A stretch of DNA of 64,000 nucleotides from an uncultured Gammaproteobacteria bacterium (GCA_963823415.1 CAWGLJ010000009.1:247748-311747), one strand, 5' to 3'; counted from the first letter of the stretch, positions 37,796 through 47,886 are shown. The notes: a model not told the origin generated them from the letters alone. Translations and numbers: made by a program.

Positions 37796-39012
37796 GGGTT
37801 GGCGCGGCTCCAGAACAGGCCCGGCAGGGAGAGCATCTTCGAGAAGCCGCGCGCGTCCTCGGGCGTCCACTCGCCGGCGGCCTCGCCGTACACGCCGCGG
37901 CTCGCCTTCATGAGCGAGTGCGGGGATTCGACGCCCTCGACGAACGCGGAGCCCTGGCGCAGCAGCACGGTCACGGTGCCGGTCACGCGCGCCTGCGAGG
38001 AGGCGAACAGCGCCTCGATGTCGCGGCAGACCGGGTCGAGGTTCTGTCCCTCGTGCACGAGGTCGCCGTAGGCCGCGGCGACGAGGTCCTTCACGCGCTG
38101 CTGGCGCGCGCTGAGCACGAGCTTCTCGAGCTCGCGGTGGGCCTCGATCAGCACCGCGGCCGCCGGCGCCTCGAAGGCGACCCGGCCCTTGGTGCCGATG
38201 ATCGTGTCGCCGAGGTGGATGCCGCGGCCGATGCCGTACGGGTCCCGCCGCCGCCTCGATCGGCCTCGATGAGCGCGACCGGGTCCAGCGCCGCGCCGTC
38301 GAGCGAGACCGGAACGCCGTGCTCGAAACCGATCGCCAGCTGCTTCGGCGCGCGCGGCGCGTCGAAGGCGCCCGGCGACAGCACCCAGGCGGATTCGGGG
38401 ATGCTGCCCGCGGAGGTGAGCGTCTCGCGGCCGCCGATCGTGACGCCCCACAGGCCGCGATTCGTGGAGTACGCCGCGCCGTGCGGCGGCACCGGCAGGC
38501 CGCGTCGCCTCGAGGTAGGCGAGCTGCTCGGGGCGCTTGAACGCGCGGTCGCGCACCGGCGCGAGGATCTCGATGTCGGGGGCGAGCGTGCGCAGCGCCA
38601 CTTCGAAGCGCACCTGGTCGTTGCCGGCCGCCGTGCAGCCGTGCGCGATCGTGGCGGAGCCGAGCTCGATCGCCTTCGCCGCGACGACCTGCGCCTGCAC
38701 GGTGCGCTCGGCGCCGACGCAGAGCGGGTAGAGCTGGCCGCGGCGCACGTTGCCGACCAGCAGCCACTTCAGCACGCGCTCGAAGTACTCGCGGCGTGCG
38801 TCCACGAGGTGATGCGCGACGGCGCCGAGCGCGAGCGCCCGCGCCGCGAGCGCGGCGGCCGCGGCGTCGTCGATGCCGCCGGTGTTGACCGTGACGGTGA
38901 CGACCGGCCGGCCGTAGGTTTCCGTGAGCCAGGGCACGCAGAACGACGTGTCGAGGCCACCGGAGAAAGCGAGGAGGATGGGCGCGGGCGCGCCCGGCGA
39001 ATGTGCGGACAT
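37792..39012 (-). CDS. argG: argininosuccinate synthase; the ORF is open, but residues ~160-270 read correctly only in other frames (compensating indels)
   Basis: LLAFSGGLDTSFCVPWL, IAHGCTAAGNDQVRFE and the C-terminus are in frame. The middle PPHGAAYSTNRGLWGVTIGGRETL...GFEHGVPVSLDG lies in ORF 38148-38492. There are at least two, probably three, indels. Confidence 0.85.
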   Translation of the reverse strand: MSAHSPGAPAPILLAFSGGLDTSFCVPWLTETYGRPVVTVTVNTGGIDDAAAAALAARALALGAVAHHLVDARREYFERVLKWLLVGNVRRGQLYPLCVGAERTVQAQVVAAKAIELGSATIAHGCTAAGNDQVRFEVALRTLAPDIEILAPVRDRAFKRPEQLAYLEATRPAGAAARRGVLHESRPVGRHDRRPRDAHLRGQHPRIRLGAVAGRLRRAARAEAAGDRFRARRSGLARRRGAGPGRAHRGRSRRRRDPYGIGRGIHLGDTIIGTKGRVAFEAPAAAVLIEAHRELEKLVLSARQQRVKDLVAAAYGDLVHEGQNLDPVCRDIEALFASSQARVTGTVTVLLRQGSAFVEGVESPHSLMKASRGVYGEAAGEWTPEDARGFSKMLSLPGLFWSRANP

Positions 39013-39019
39013 GGGGGCC

Positions 39020-39469
39020 TCAGGCTCGGAGCTTGTCGTGCAGGCGGGCGAGCAGGCGGCGCTGCGTCGCCGCGCTCGCCGTGGCGACGAAGATCGTGTC
39101 GTCGCCGGAGAGGGTGCCGACGACCTCGGGCCAGTCGGCGCGGTCGAGCACGATCGCGACGCTCTGCGCGGCGCCGACCGTGGTGCGGATCACGGCGAGG
39201 TTCGGGCCGGCGGCGCGGATGTCGCGCACGAAGCGCGCGACGGCCGCGAAATCGTCCACCACCGGCGCCGCGTCGTCCGGCAGCACGTAGCGGTCGCCGC
39301 GCTTGGCGACGCCGAGCTCGCGCAGGTCGCGGCTCACGCTCGACTGCGTGGCGGGGTAGCCGGCCTTGCCGAGCAGGCGCACGAGGTCTTCCTGCCGCCC
39401 GATCGGCGAGCCATTGATGATGCGACGGAGGGTTTCGCGGCGTGCGATGCATAAATGTGCATTCATCAT
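39020..39469 (-). CDS. argR: arginine repressor ArgR/AhrC
   Basis: From ATG 39469: MMNAHLCIARRETLRRIINGSPIGRQEDLVRLLGKAGYPATQSSVSRDLRELG... (winged helix), then a C-terminal oligomerisation domain (VIRTTVGAAQSVAIVLD..GTLSGDDTIFV). The ORF-track start at 39529 is probably over-extended. Confidence 0.8.
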   Translation of the reverse strand: MMNAHLCIARRETLRRIINGSPIGRQEDLVRLLGKAGYPATQSSVSRDLRELGVAKRGDRYVLPDDAAPVVDDFAAVARFVRDIRAAGPNLAVIRTTVGAAQSVAIVLDRADWPEVVGTLSGDDTIFVATASAATQRRLLARLHDKLRA

Positions 39470-39483
39470 GCATAAATATGCAG
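39447..39483. promoter_or_regulatory. two tandem ARG-box-like palindromes, 21 bp start to start, overlapping the argR start codon
   Basis: ATGCATAAATGTGCAT (39447-39462) and ATGCATAAATATGCAG (39468-39483). They have the TNTGCAT-A/T-rich-ATGCANA architecture typical of ARG boxes (18 bp plus a 3-bp spacer). Confidence 0.6.
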
Positions 39484-39607
39484 AACCGGTCAAGGCCGGG
39501 CGCACCGCGGGCCGCCGCGGACCGCGCACCGGTCGTCGCAGGTTGGTTGCGGCGGTTCCGGGCGGTCCCTACGCTCGATCTGGACCCCGAACCCGGAGGA
39601 ATCGACG

Positions 39608-40300
39608 ATGCGCTACGGACTTCCCGCCCTGCTGCTGCTTTCCTGCGGTTTCTTCGCGGACTCGGCCCCGGCCGAGAGTCCGGCTGGCGGTGCCGACGTC
39701 CTCGCGGACCGGATGCTCGCCGCGATCGGCGGGCGAGAGCGCTGGGCGAGTCTGCGCAACACGGTCAACGACTCGCTGCAGTTCCGGCTCGAGGAGCCAT
39801 TCGTGGTGCGGGCCGTGATCCGCATGGATTTCACGCAGCCGCGCTTCCGGGTCGACACGACCGCGCCGGGGCTCACGCTCGCGCGCGTGATGGACGGCGA
39901 GCGCCACTGGCGGCTGAACCGGGCCGGTGTGGTGGAGGACGTGCCGGCCGAGATCCTTGCGGAGGACCGGCGCTGGCATGCAGGGCACGTGTACCGCACG
40001 ATCCATCGCGTCGCGGCGCGTGACCCGGCGCTGCGGGTGGCCGTCAATGACAAGGGACGGCTCGAGGTCCACGAGGGCGCGGCGCGCATCGCCTGGTTCG
40101 CTCTCGACGCGCGCGGCGAGCCCTATGCCTTCGGCGCGCACGACGACGAGGTCGGCAGCATCAGCGGCCCGTGGAATTTCGTCCAGGACGGCATCCACCA
40201 TCCCGCCTGGGTCGCGCGGCCGGACGGCAGCTGGCGCGCCGCCGTGCAGGCGCTCGCGATCAACGCGGAGTTCAACGAGGCCGACTTCGCGCGCCCGTAA
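39608..40300 (+). CDS. hypothetical secreted protein
   Basis: Intact 230-aa ORF with a signal peptide MRYGLPALLLLSCGFFADSAPA. I recognise no family. Confidence 0.55.
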   Translation: MRYGLPALLLLSCGFFADSAPAESPAGGADVLADRMLAAIGGRERWASLRNTVNDSLQFRLEEPFVVRAVIRMDFTQPRFRVDTTAPGLTLARVMDGERHWRLNRAGVVEDVPAEILAEDRRWHAGHVYRTIHRVAARDPALRVAVNDKGRLEVHEGAARIAWFALDARGEPYAFGAHDDEVGSISGPWNFVQDGIHHPAWVARPDGSWRAAVQALAINAEFNEADFARP

Positions 40301-40347
40301 CGAAGGGACGAAAAGGGGGCTCCCCTTCGATTTCCCCTTCGTTACGG
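40295..40347. terminator. nested bidirectional hairpin between convergent genes
   Basis: A 13-bp perfect outer stem ccgtaacgaaggg / cccttcgttacgg encloses both stop codons (TAA at 40298-40300 and TAA at 40342-40344 on the reverse strand). The inner hairpin GAAAAGGGGGCTCCCCTTCGATTT has A/T tracts on both sides. Confidence 0.55.
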
Positions 40348-41623
40348 CATCAGGTCCCGGAGCCGGAACCAGGTCATGGCGGCGACCAGGGTCGGGCGGC
40401 GGAACAGCTTGCCGCCCGGGAAGTCCTGGTGCTTCAGTCGCGCGAAGACGTCGAAGCGCTCCGCCTGGCCGGCGATCGCCTCGGCAGCGATCTTGCCGGC
40501 GATCGGCGCGAGCAGCATGCCGTGGCCGGAGTACCCCTGCAGGTAGTACACGTTCGGCGCGAGCCGCCCGAAGTCCGGCGCGCGGCTCATCGAGATGTCG
40601 ATCATCCCGCCCCAGGCATAGTCGATCTCGACGTCGGCGAGCTGCGGGAACACCTTGAGCATCCGCTGCCGCGTCGCACGGGCCGTGCCGAGCGGGTCGA
40701 CGCCCGAGTAGCTGACGCGCCCGCCGAACAGCAGGCGGTGGTCGGACGAGAGCCGGTAGTAGTCGATGATCCAGTTGAGGTCTGCGATCGCGACGTTGTC
40801 CTTCAGCAGCGCCCGCGCGCGCTCCGCGCCGAGCGGCTTCGTCGCGACGATGTACGAGGCGACGCCGATGTTCCGGCGCGCCAGCGGGCGCGAGAGTTCC
40901 TCGTGCCCGACGTTGGCGCACAGCGCGACGAACTTCGCGCGGACGCTCCCCTTGTCCGTGCGTACCGTGACGGTCGCGCCATGCTCGACTCTGCGTGACG
41001 CGGCTGTGCTCGTGCAGGCGCACGCCCGCGGCGACCGCGGCCCGGCCGACCCCGAGTGTGAAGCGCAGCGGATGCAGGTGGCCCGCGCCGCTGTCGAGCA
41101 GTCCCGCGAGGTAGCGCTCGCTCGCGACCCACTGGCGCACTTCGTCCCGTTCCATGAAGCGGAGCAGGCGATAGCCGTAGTCGCCTTCCTGCTCGCGCTG
41201 CCATTCGAGCAGCTCCTCGCGCTGGCGCGGCTTGATGCCGACGTGCATGTGGCCCCAGACGAGGTCGCAGTCGATGCGGTTCTTCGCGACCAGGTCGCGC
41301 GTCAGGCCGACGGCCTCGACGCTGATGTCCCACAACCGCTTCGCATCGGCCTTGCCGAGCTGCGCGGCGAGCTTCGCCATGCCGCAGGCATAGCCGGGAA
41401 TGATCTGGCCGCCGGAGCGCCCGGAGGCGCCGTAGCCGACGCGGTCGGCCTCGAGCAGCACGACCTTGTAGCCGCGCTCGGCCAGGTGCAGCGCGGCCGA
41501 GCAGCCGGAGAGCCCGGCGCCCACGACGCAGACGTCCGCCTCGACGTCGCCCTCGAGCGGCGGCGCGGGGGCGCCGCGGCCGGCGGTCGCCTCGTACCAG
41601 CTGTCGGCGGGCCGCAGGATCAC
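40342..41623 (-). pseudogene. puuB: FAD-dependent gamma-glutamylputrescine oxidase-like oxidoreductase (PuuB/PauB type); frame changes
   Basis: N-terminus DVCVVGAGLSGCSAALHLAERGYKVVLLEA...GRSGGQ lies in ORF 39569-41623. The C-terminus MLKVFPQLADVEIDYAWGGMIDISMSRAPDFGRL..YLQGYSGHGM lies in ORF 40342-40662, and the middle lies in a third frame. Confidence 0.8.
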
Positions 41624-43002
41624 ACCTGCTCCAGGTACCAGCTGTAGTCGAGCGCGGTCAGGTGCGAATTGAAACTCTGCATCTCGCCGCGGCGCGTCAG
41701 CTCATAGAGCGTCACGAAGCGCCCGTCGAAATACTTGCGGACGAATGCGCTCTCGCCGAAACGCGTGAGCGCCGTCGGCCAGTCGCCGGGCAGGCGCGGC
41801 GCCGTGAGGCGCTGCGTGTAGGCGTTGCCGACCAGCGGGTCGGGCGGCACGAGCTTCTCCTCGATGCCGTGCAGCATGCCGGCGAGCACGGCGGCCGCGA
41901 CCAGGTAGGGATTCGCGTCGGCGCCGGCGACGCGGTGCTCGAGGCGGCGGTCGGAGGCGCCTGAGACCGGCACGCGCACGGCGACGCCGCGGTTGTTGTA
42001 GCCCCAGGTCGCGTTCATCGGCACGTACAGCTCGGGCCGCAGGCGCCGGTAGCTGTTCGCGTTCGGCGCGAAGATCGCCATGCCGTCGGCCATCGTCTCG
42101 AGCAGGCCTGCCGCGGCCTGCTTCAGGAGGTCGTTGCCGAGCACGTCGTCGGAAGCGAAGACGTTATTCCCGGCGCGGTCGAGCACGCTCACGTGCAGGT
42201 GCATGCCGCTGCCCGGCGCGTCGGCGTAGGGCTTGGCCATGAAGGTCGCCTCGACGCCGTGCGCGTGCGCGACGCCCTTGACGATGCGCTTGAAGCGGAT
42301 GGCCTGGTCGCAGGCCTCGCGCGCGTCGGCGACGTGCCGCAGGTTCACTTCCCACTGGTTGGGGCCGCACTCGGCGAGCGCGGCGCCGGTCGGCACGCCC
42401 TGCGCCTCGCAGGCGGCCACGATCGCCGCGAGGATGTCGGAGACCGACTCGAGGTCGGCCATCGAGTTGACCTGCGTGCGCGTCTCGCGCCGGCCGGTGT
42501 AACGCGAGCGCGGCGGCTGGGCGTGGCCTGCGGCCGTGCGTTCCACGTCGACGAGATAGAACTCGAGCTCGACGGCGATGACCGGCTGCCAGCCGCGCGC
42601 CGCAAAGCGGTCGAGCACCGCGCCGAGCGCGCTGCCGCGGGTCGCCGTAGAACGGGCCGCCGTCATGGTCGAGCATCTGCACCTGCAGCTGGGCGACGGC
42701 CGGGCCCATCCAGGGCGCGGGGTGCAGTGTCCGCGGGAATCGGGACGCAGGCGCGGTCGGCGTCGCCTTCGTCAAATCCGAGGCCGGTGGTCTGGATCGT
42801 GTCGCCGAGGACGTCGAGCGCGAACATGGACCCGGGCAGGAACATGCCGCTTTTGGTAGATGCCCGGCAGGTCCGCGCGGTCGATGCGCTTGCCGCGCAG
42901 GACGCCGCAGAGATCAGGCAGCAGGAGGTCGAAGAACTGCACCGCGGGATGGGCGGCGAGAAAGGCCTCGGCATTGGAGAAATCGTCGCGGACCAGGGCC
43001 AT
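41620..43002 (-). pseudogene. glutamine-synthetase-family gamma-glutamylpolyamine synthetase (PuuA/SpuI-like); frame changes in the N-terminal third
   Basis: The C-terminal 340 residues are intact in ORF 41620-42666 (ELEFYLV, NQWEVNL, FMAKPY..PGSGMHLHVS, NSYRRL, NRGVAVRVP). The N-terminus MALVRDDFSNAEAFLAAHPAVQFFDLLLPDLCGVLRGKRI lies in ORF 42772-43002. Confidence 0.85.
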
Positions 43003-43014
43003 GCGTCACCGGGC

Positions 43015-43030
43015 GTTTAAAATCTTGTAT
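43015..43030. promoter_or_regulatory. A/T-rich box GTTTAAAATCTTGTAT, 13 nt upstream of the spuI-like start
   Basis: It shares GTTTAAAATC with 1753-1762 and GTTYAAAAT with 43229-43237. Confidence 0.4.
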
Positions 43031-43228
43031 CGCGAGCCGGGGGTGGCCGCAAGGCAGGATAACCAGCCCCCCTTGCCGCGGGCAAGGTTCATGCAGCGCA
43101 ACATAATCGGGTCAAAATGCCCCCTTGAGGGCTGACAGAACGGGCCCCGGGCCTGCCAAGCTGCGGGGCGCCGCACCCCCTGGTTGTGAGACAATGGACC
43201 CCGTGAACAGGTCTCCATACCGGGGACC

Positions 43229-43246
43229 GTTCAAAATAATTAACAG
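43229..43246. promoter_or_regulatory. A/T-rich box GTTCAAAATAATTAACAG abutting the spuA-like start codon
   Basis: It has the same GTTYAAAAT core. Its ATAATTAACA part matches ATAATTGACA at 1707-1716. Confidence 0.4.
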
Positions 43247-44006
43247 ATGCACATGCGAAAGCCGATCATCGGAATTCCCGCCGATCGCCGCCTTTTGAAC
43301 TCGCACTGGTTCCATTGCGTGGGCGAGAAGTACATCAACGCCGTGGTCCAGGCGGCCGACGGCGTGCCCGTGCTCGTCCCGGCGCTCGGCGAGCGCTACA
43401 TGCGCGAGTGGCTCGGGGCGTTCGACGCGATCCTGTTCACCGGCAGCCCCTCGAACGTGGAACCGCACCATTACCTGGGGCCGCAGTCGGCGCCGGGCAC
43501 CTGGCACGACCCGGAGCGTGACGCGACCACGCTGCCGATGATCAACGGGGCACTCGATGTCGGCCTGCCGATCCTCGGCATCTGCCGCGGCTTCCAGGAG
43601 ATCAACGTCGCGCTCGGCGGCACGCTCGCGCAGAAGCTGCACGAGCTGCCGGGCCACCTCGATCACCGCGAGGACAAGGAACTTCCGCTCGAGGAGCAGT
43701 ACGCGCCCGCGCACGAGATCGACCTGGTGGAGGGCGGCGTCCTGCACAAGATCGCGGGCCGCCGCCAGCATGAAGGTCAACTCGCTGCACTCGCAGGGCG
43801 TCGAGCGGCTCGCGCCGCGCCTGGTGACCGAGGCGACGGCCAGCGACGGCGTGATCGAGGCCTTCCGCATCGACGGCGCGAAGACCTTCGCGCTCGCCGT
43901 GCAGTGGCACCCGGAATGGAAGGTGATGGAAAACCCGTTCTCACGCGCGCTGTTCGCCGCCTTCGGCCAGGCGGGGCGTGAACATGCAAGCAGGCGGACC
44001 CGATGA
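43247..44006 (+). pseudogene. spuA: gamma-glutamyl-gamma-aminobutyrate hydrolase (class-I glutamine amidotransferase, PuuD/SpuA-like); one frame change near 43770
   Basis: KPIIGIPADRR..., LPILGICRGFQEINVALGG (catalytic Cys) lies in ORF 43247. The sequence continues as VNSLHSQGVERLAP...AVQWHPEW in ORF 43557-44006. Confidence 0.85.
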
Positions 44007-45337
44007 GCGACATCCAGAAGTTCCTGAAGGACCACAGCATCACCGAGGTCGAGGCGCTCGTGCCGGACATGGCGGGCGTCGCGCGCGGCAAGGTCATGCC
44101 GGCCGCGAAGTACGCGGAAGACGAGGGCATGCGCCTGCCCGAATCCATCTTCCTGCAGACGGTCACGGGCGAGTACCCGTCGGACGACAGCTCGATCCAC
44201 CCCTCCGAGATCGACATCGCGCTCACCGGCGACCCGAAGACGATCCGCGTCGTGCCCTGGGCCGCGGAACCGACCGCGCAGGTGATCCACGACTGCTTCT
44301 ACGACGACGGCCGCCCGGTGCCGATGGCGCCGCGCTACGTGCTGCGGCGCGTGCTCGACCTGTACGCGGCGAAGGGCTGGCGGCCGGTGGTCGCGCCGGA
44401 ACTCGAGTTCTTCCTGGTCGAGCCGAACATCGACGCGGACTACCCGTTGAAGCCGCCGATCGGCCGCTCGGGCCGGGCGGAGATCGGCCGGCAGGCCTAC
44501 AGCATCGCCGCGGTCAACGAGTTCGACCCGCTGTTCGACGACATCTACGCCTTCTGCGAGGCGCAGAACCTCGACATCGACACGCTGATCCACGAGGAAG
44601 GCGCGGCGCAGATGGAGATCAACCTGATCCACGGCGACGCGCTCGACCTCGCCGACCAGGCGTTCCTGTTCAAGCGCACGGCGCGCGAGGCGGCGCTGCG
44701 GCACAAGATGTACGCGACCTTCATGGCGAAGCCGCTCGCCGGCGAGCCGGGCAGCGCGATGCACATCCACCAGAGCATCGTCGACGCGAAGACCGGCGAC
44801 AACATCTTCAGCGACGCGGAGGGCAAGCCGACGGCGCTGTTCGAGTCGTTCATCGCGGGCCTGCAGAAGTACCTGGCCTCGGCGATGTCGCTGTTCGGGC
44901 CGAACGTCAACAGCTACCGGCGCATCACGCGCTACAACTCGGCCCCGATCAACGTGCAGTGGGGCTTCGACAACCGCACCGCGGGACTGCGCGTGCCGGT
45001 GTCCGAGCCGCAGGCGCGGCGCGTCGAGAACCGCCTCGGCGGCGCCGACGCGAATCCTTACCTCGCGATCGGCGCGTCGCTCGCCTGCGGCTACCTCGGC
45101 ATGATCGAGGGACTGAAGCCGACGGCGCCGATCACCGGCTCGGCCTACGACCTGCCGTTCTCGCTGCCGCGCTCGCTCGCCGACGCGCTGGCGATGCTGC
45201 AGGCGAGCAAGACGCTGGTCGAGGTGTTCGGCGAACGCTTCGTTGCGGCATACTGTGCCGTCAAGGAAAACGAGTACGAAACGTTCTCGCGGGTGATCAG
45301 CTCGTGGGAACGGGAACACCTGTTGCTGAACGTCTGA
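44003..45337 (+). CDS. spuB: glutamine-synthetase-family gamma-glutamylpolyamine synthetase (SpuB/PuuA-like)
   Basis: Intact 444-aa ORF with PELEFFLV, AAQMEINL, FMAKPLAGEPGSAMHIHQS, NSYRRI and NRTAGLRVP. ATGA overlap with the spuA-like stop. Confidence 0.9.
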   Translation: MSDIQKFLKDHSITEVEALVPDMAGVARGKVMPAAKYAEDEGMRLPESIFLQTVTGEYPSDDSSIHPSEIDIALTGDPKTIRVVPWAAEPTAQVIHDCFYDDGRPVPMAPRYVLRRVLDLYAAKGWRPVVAPELEFFLVEPNIDADYPLKPPIGRSGRAEIGRQAYSIAAVNEFDPLFDDIYAFCEAQNLDIDTLIHEEGAAQMEINLIHGDALDLADQAFLFKRTAREAALRHKMYATFMAKPLAGEPGSAMHIHQSIVDAKTGDNIFSDAEGKPTALFESFIAGLQKYLASAMSLFGPNVNSYRRITRYNSAPINVQWGFDNRTAGLRVPVSEPQARRVENRLGGADANPYLAIGASLACGYLGMIEGLKPTAPITGSAYDLPFSLPRSLADALAMLQASKTLVEVFGERFVAAYCAVKENEYETFSRVISSWEREHLLLNV

Positions 45338-45353
45338 GAGCGGGGGAACTGCC

Positions 45354-46741
45354 ATGAGCGCGAAGCCGAAGATCACCGGAAGGGGAACGCGCGACTGGCA
45401 GGAACTCGACGCCCGCCACTACATGCATCCGTTCACGGACTTCCGCGCGCTCGCCGCCGAGGGCTCGCGCGTCATCACGCGCGCCGAGGGCGTGCACCTG
45501 TACGACTCCGAGGGCCAGAAGATCCTGGACGCGATGTCCGGGCTGTGGTGCGTGAACATCGGCTACGGGCGCAACGAGCTGGCCGACGTCGCCGCGCGCC
45601 AGATGCGGGAGCTGCCGTACTACAACAGCTTCTTCAAGAGCTCGCAACCCGCCCGCGATCGAGCTCGCGCAGCTGCTCGACGAGCTGACGCCGCCGCAGT
45701 TCCACCGCGTGTTCTTCACGCAGTCGGGCTCGGAGGCGAACGACACGATCCTGCGCATGACGCGCCGCTACTGGGAACTGCTGGGCCAGCCGAAGCGCAA
45801 CGTCATCATCAGCCGCATCAATGCCTACCACGGCAGCACGGTGGCGGCGGCGAGCCTCGGCGGCATGGCCTTCATGCACGCCCAGGGCGGGCTGCCGATC
45901 CCGGACATCGTCGCACATCGAGCAGCCGTACTGGTACGAGAACGGCACCGACGTCTCGCCGGAGGAATACGGCCTGCGCGCCGCCCGGCGGCTCGCCGAG
46001 AAGATCGAGGAGCTCGGGCCCGAGCGCGTCGCCGCGTTCATCGGCGAGCCGGTGCAGGGCGCGGGCGGCGTGATCGTCCCGCCGTCGACCTACTGGCCGG
46101 AGATCCAGCGCATCTGCCGCGAGTACGGGATCCTGCTGATCGCCGACGAGGTGATCTGCGGCTTCGGGCGCACCGGGCAGTGGTTCGGCAGCGACTACTT
46201 CGGCATCGAGCCGGACTTCATGACGATCGCCAAGGGCCTCACGTCGGGCTACCAGCCGCTCGGCGGCGCGATGGTCTCGGACCGGGTCGCCGAAGTGCTG
46301 ATCGAGAAGGGCGGGGAGTTCGCCCACGGCTTCACCTGGTCGGGCCACCCGGTCTGCTGCGCGGTGGCGATCGAGAACCTGAACATCATGCGCCGCGAGA
46401 AGATCGTCGAGCGCGTGCGCGAGGAGATCGCGCCGTATTTCCAGAAGCGCATCCGCGAGCTGGCGGAGCACAGGCTGGTCGGCGAGGTGCGCGGCGTCGG
46501 CATGCTCGGCGCGATCGAGCTGGTCGCCCACAAGGGCAGCCGCACCTTCTTCCGCGACCGCGGCGCGGTCGGCCTCGTGTGCCGCGACCACTGCTTCAAG
46601 AACGGGCTCATCATGCGCGCGGTGCGCGACACGATGATCATGGCGCCGCCGCTCGTCATGACCAAGGAGAACGTGGACGAGCTGGTCACGAAGGCGAGGC
46701 TGTGCCTCGACCTGACGGCCCGCGACATCGGCATCGGCTGA
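45354..46741 (+). pseudogene. spuC: class-III aminotransferase, putrescine/polyamine--pyruvate transaminase-like; at least two frame changes
   Basis: DARHYMHPFTDF..SGLWCVNIGYGR lies in ORF 45354. FFTQSGSEANDT..NAYHGST lies in ORF 45709. EQPYWY..., IADEVICGFGRTG and TIAKGLTSGY lie in ORF 45821-46741. Confidence 0.85.
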
Positions 46742-46754
46742 GGAGGACAGGGGA

Positions 46755-47882
46755 ATGACGCGCGCGATTCGACTCTGGCCCCTTGCCGCGCTCGCGGCGC
46801 TCGCCGCCTGCGGCGGCAAGCAGGAAACCGGGACTGCGGCAACCGCCGCGGCGCCGGAGGAAAAGACCGTCAACGTCCTGAACTGGTCCGACTACGTCGC
46901 CGACACCACCGTCGCGGACTTCCAGCAGGCGACCGGCATCAAGGTCACCTACGACGTCTTCGACTCCAACGAGGTGCTCGAGACCAAGCTCCTCTCCGGC
47001 CGCTCGGGCTACGACGTCGTCGTGCCGACCGCGCCGTTCCTCGAGCGCCAGATCAAGGCGGGCGTGTTCCTGCCGCTCGACAAGTCGAAGCTGCCGAACA
47101 TCAAGAACATGGACCCGGAGCTGATGCAGCGGGTCGCGGCGCACGACCCGGGCAACCAGTACTCGCTGATCTACCTCTGGGGGACCATCGGCCTCGGTTA
47201 CAACCCGGAGCTTGTCAAGAAGGCACTCGGCACGGACACGATCGACAGCTGGAGCGCGATCCTCGACCCGGCGAACGCCGCCAAGCTCGCCAAGTGCGGC
47301 ATCGCGGTGCTCGACGCGCCGACCGACGTGTTCGGCTCGGTCGCCATCTCCCTGGGACTCGACCCGAACAGCGAGAAGCCCGAGGACCTCAAGGCCTTCG
47401 AGGACGCGATGATGAAGGTGCGGCCGTACATCCGCTACTTCCACTCGTCGTCGTACATCAACGACCTCGCCGCCGGCGAGATCTGCGTGGCGCTCGGCTG
47501 GAGCGGGGACATCCTCCAGGCCCGCGACCGCGGCGCCGCGGCGGCCAGGCCCGTCACGGTGAAGTACGCGATCCCGAAGGAGGGCGCGATCAACTACTTC
47601 GACATGCTGGCCATCCCGGCCGATGCGCCGCACCCGGACAACGCGCACGCCTTCCTCAATTACCTCATGGACCCGGAAGTCATCGCGAAGGTCACCAACA
47701 AGACGCGCTTCGCGAACCCCAACGCCGCCTCGCTGCCGTTCGTGGAGGAAGCGATCAAGAACGACCCGGGCATCTACCCCGACGCCGAAGTGCGCGCGCG
47801 CCTGCACCCGGACCTCGTCGAGTCGCAGGAATTCAGCCGCGAGCTCAACCGCGCCTGGACGCGCATCCGCAGCGGCCAGTGA
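46755..47882 (+). CDS. potF: polyamine ABC transporter periplasmic binding lipoprotein, PotF/SpuD type (paralog 1, intact)
   Basis: Intact 375-aa ORF with lipobox LAALAACGG. Motifs: EEKTVNVLNWSDYVADTTVADFQQATGIKVTYDVFDSNEVLETKLL and ICVALGWSGD. Confidence 0.9.
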   Translation: MTRAIRLWPLAALAALAACGGKQETGTAATAAAPEEKTVNVLNWSDYVADTTVADFQQATGIKVTYDVFDSNEVLETKLLSGRSGYDVVVPTAPFLERQIKAGVFLPLDKSKLPNIKNMDPELMQRVAAHDPGNQYSLIYLWGTIGLGYNPELVKKALGTDTIDSWSAILDPANAAKLAKCGIAVLDAPTDVFGSVAISLGLDPNSEKPEDLKAFEDAMMKVRPYIRYFHSSSYINDLAAGEICVALGWSGDILQARDRGAAAARPVTVKYAIPKEGAINYFDMLAIPADAPHPDNAHAFLNYLMDPEVIAKVTNKTRFANPNAASLPFVEEAIKNDPGIYPDAEVRARLHPDLVESQEFSRELNRAWTRIRSGQ

Positions 47883-47886
47883 CCGC

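Noticed and set aside
43112-45376. A 754-aa minus-strand ORF across the spuA/spuB-like genes
   Set aside because: It is antisense to two genes with clear family motifs on the + strand. Its composition (R, A, V, D, E, L repeats) is that of a shadow ORF.
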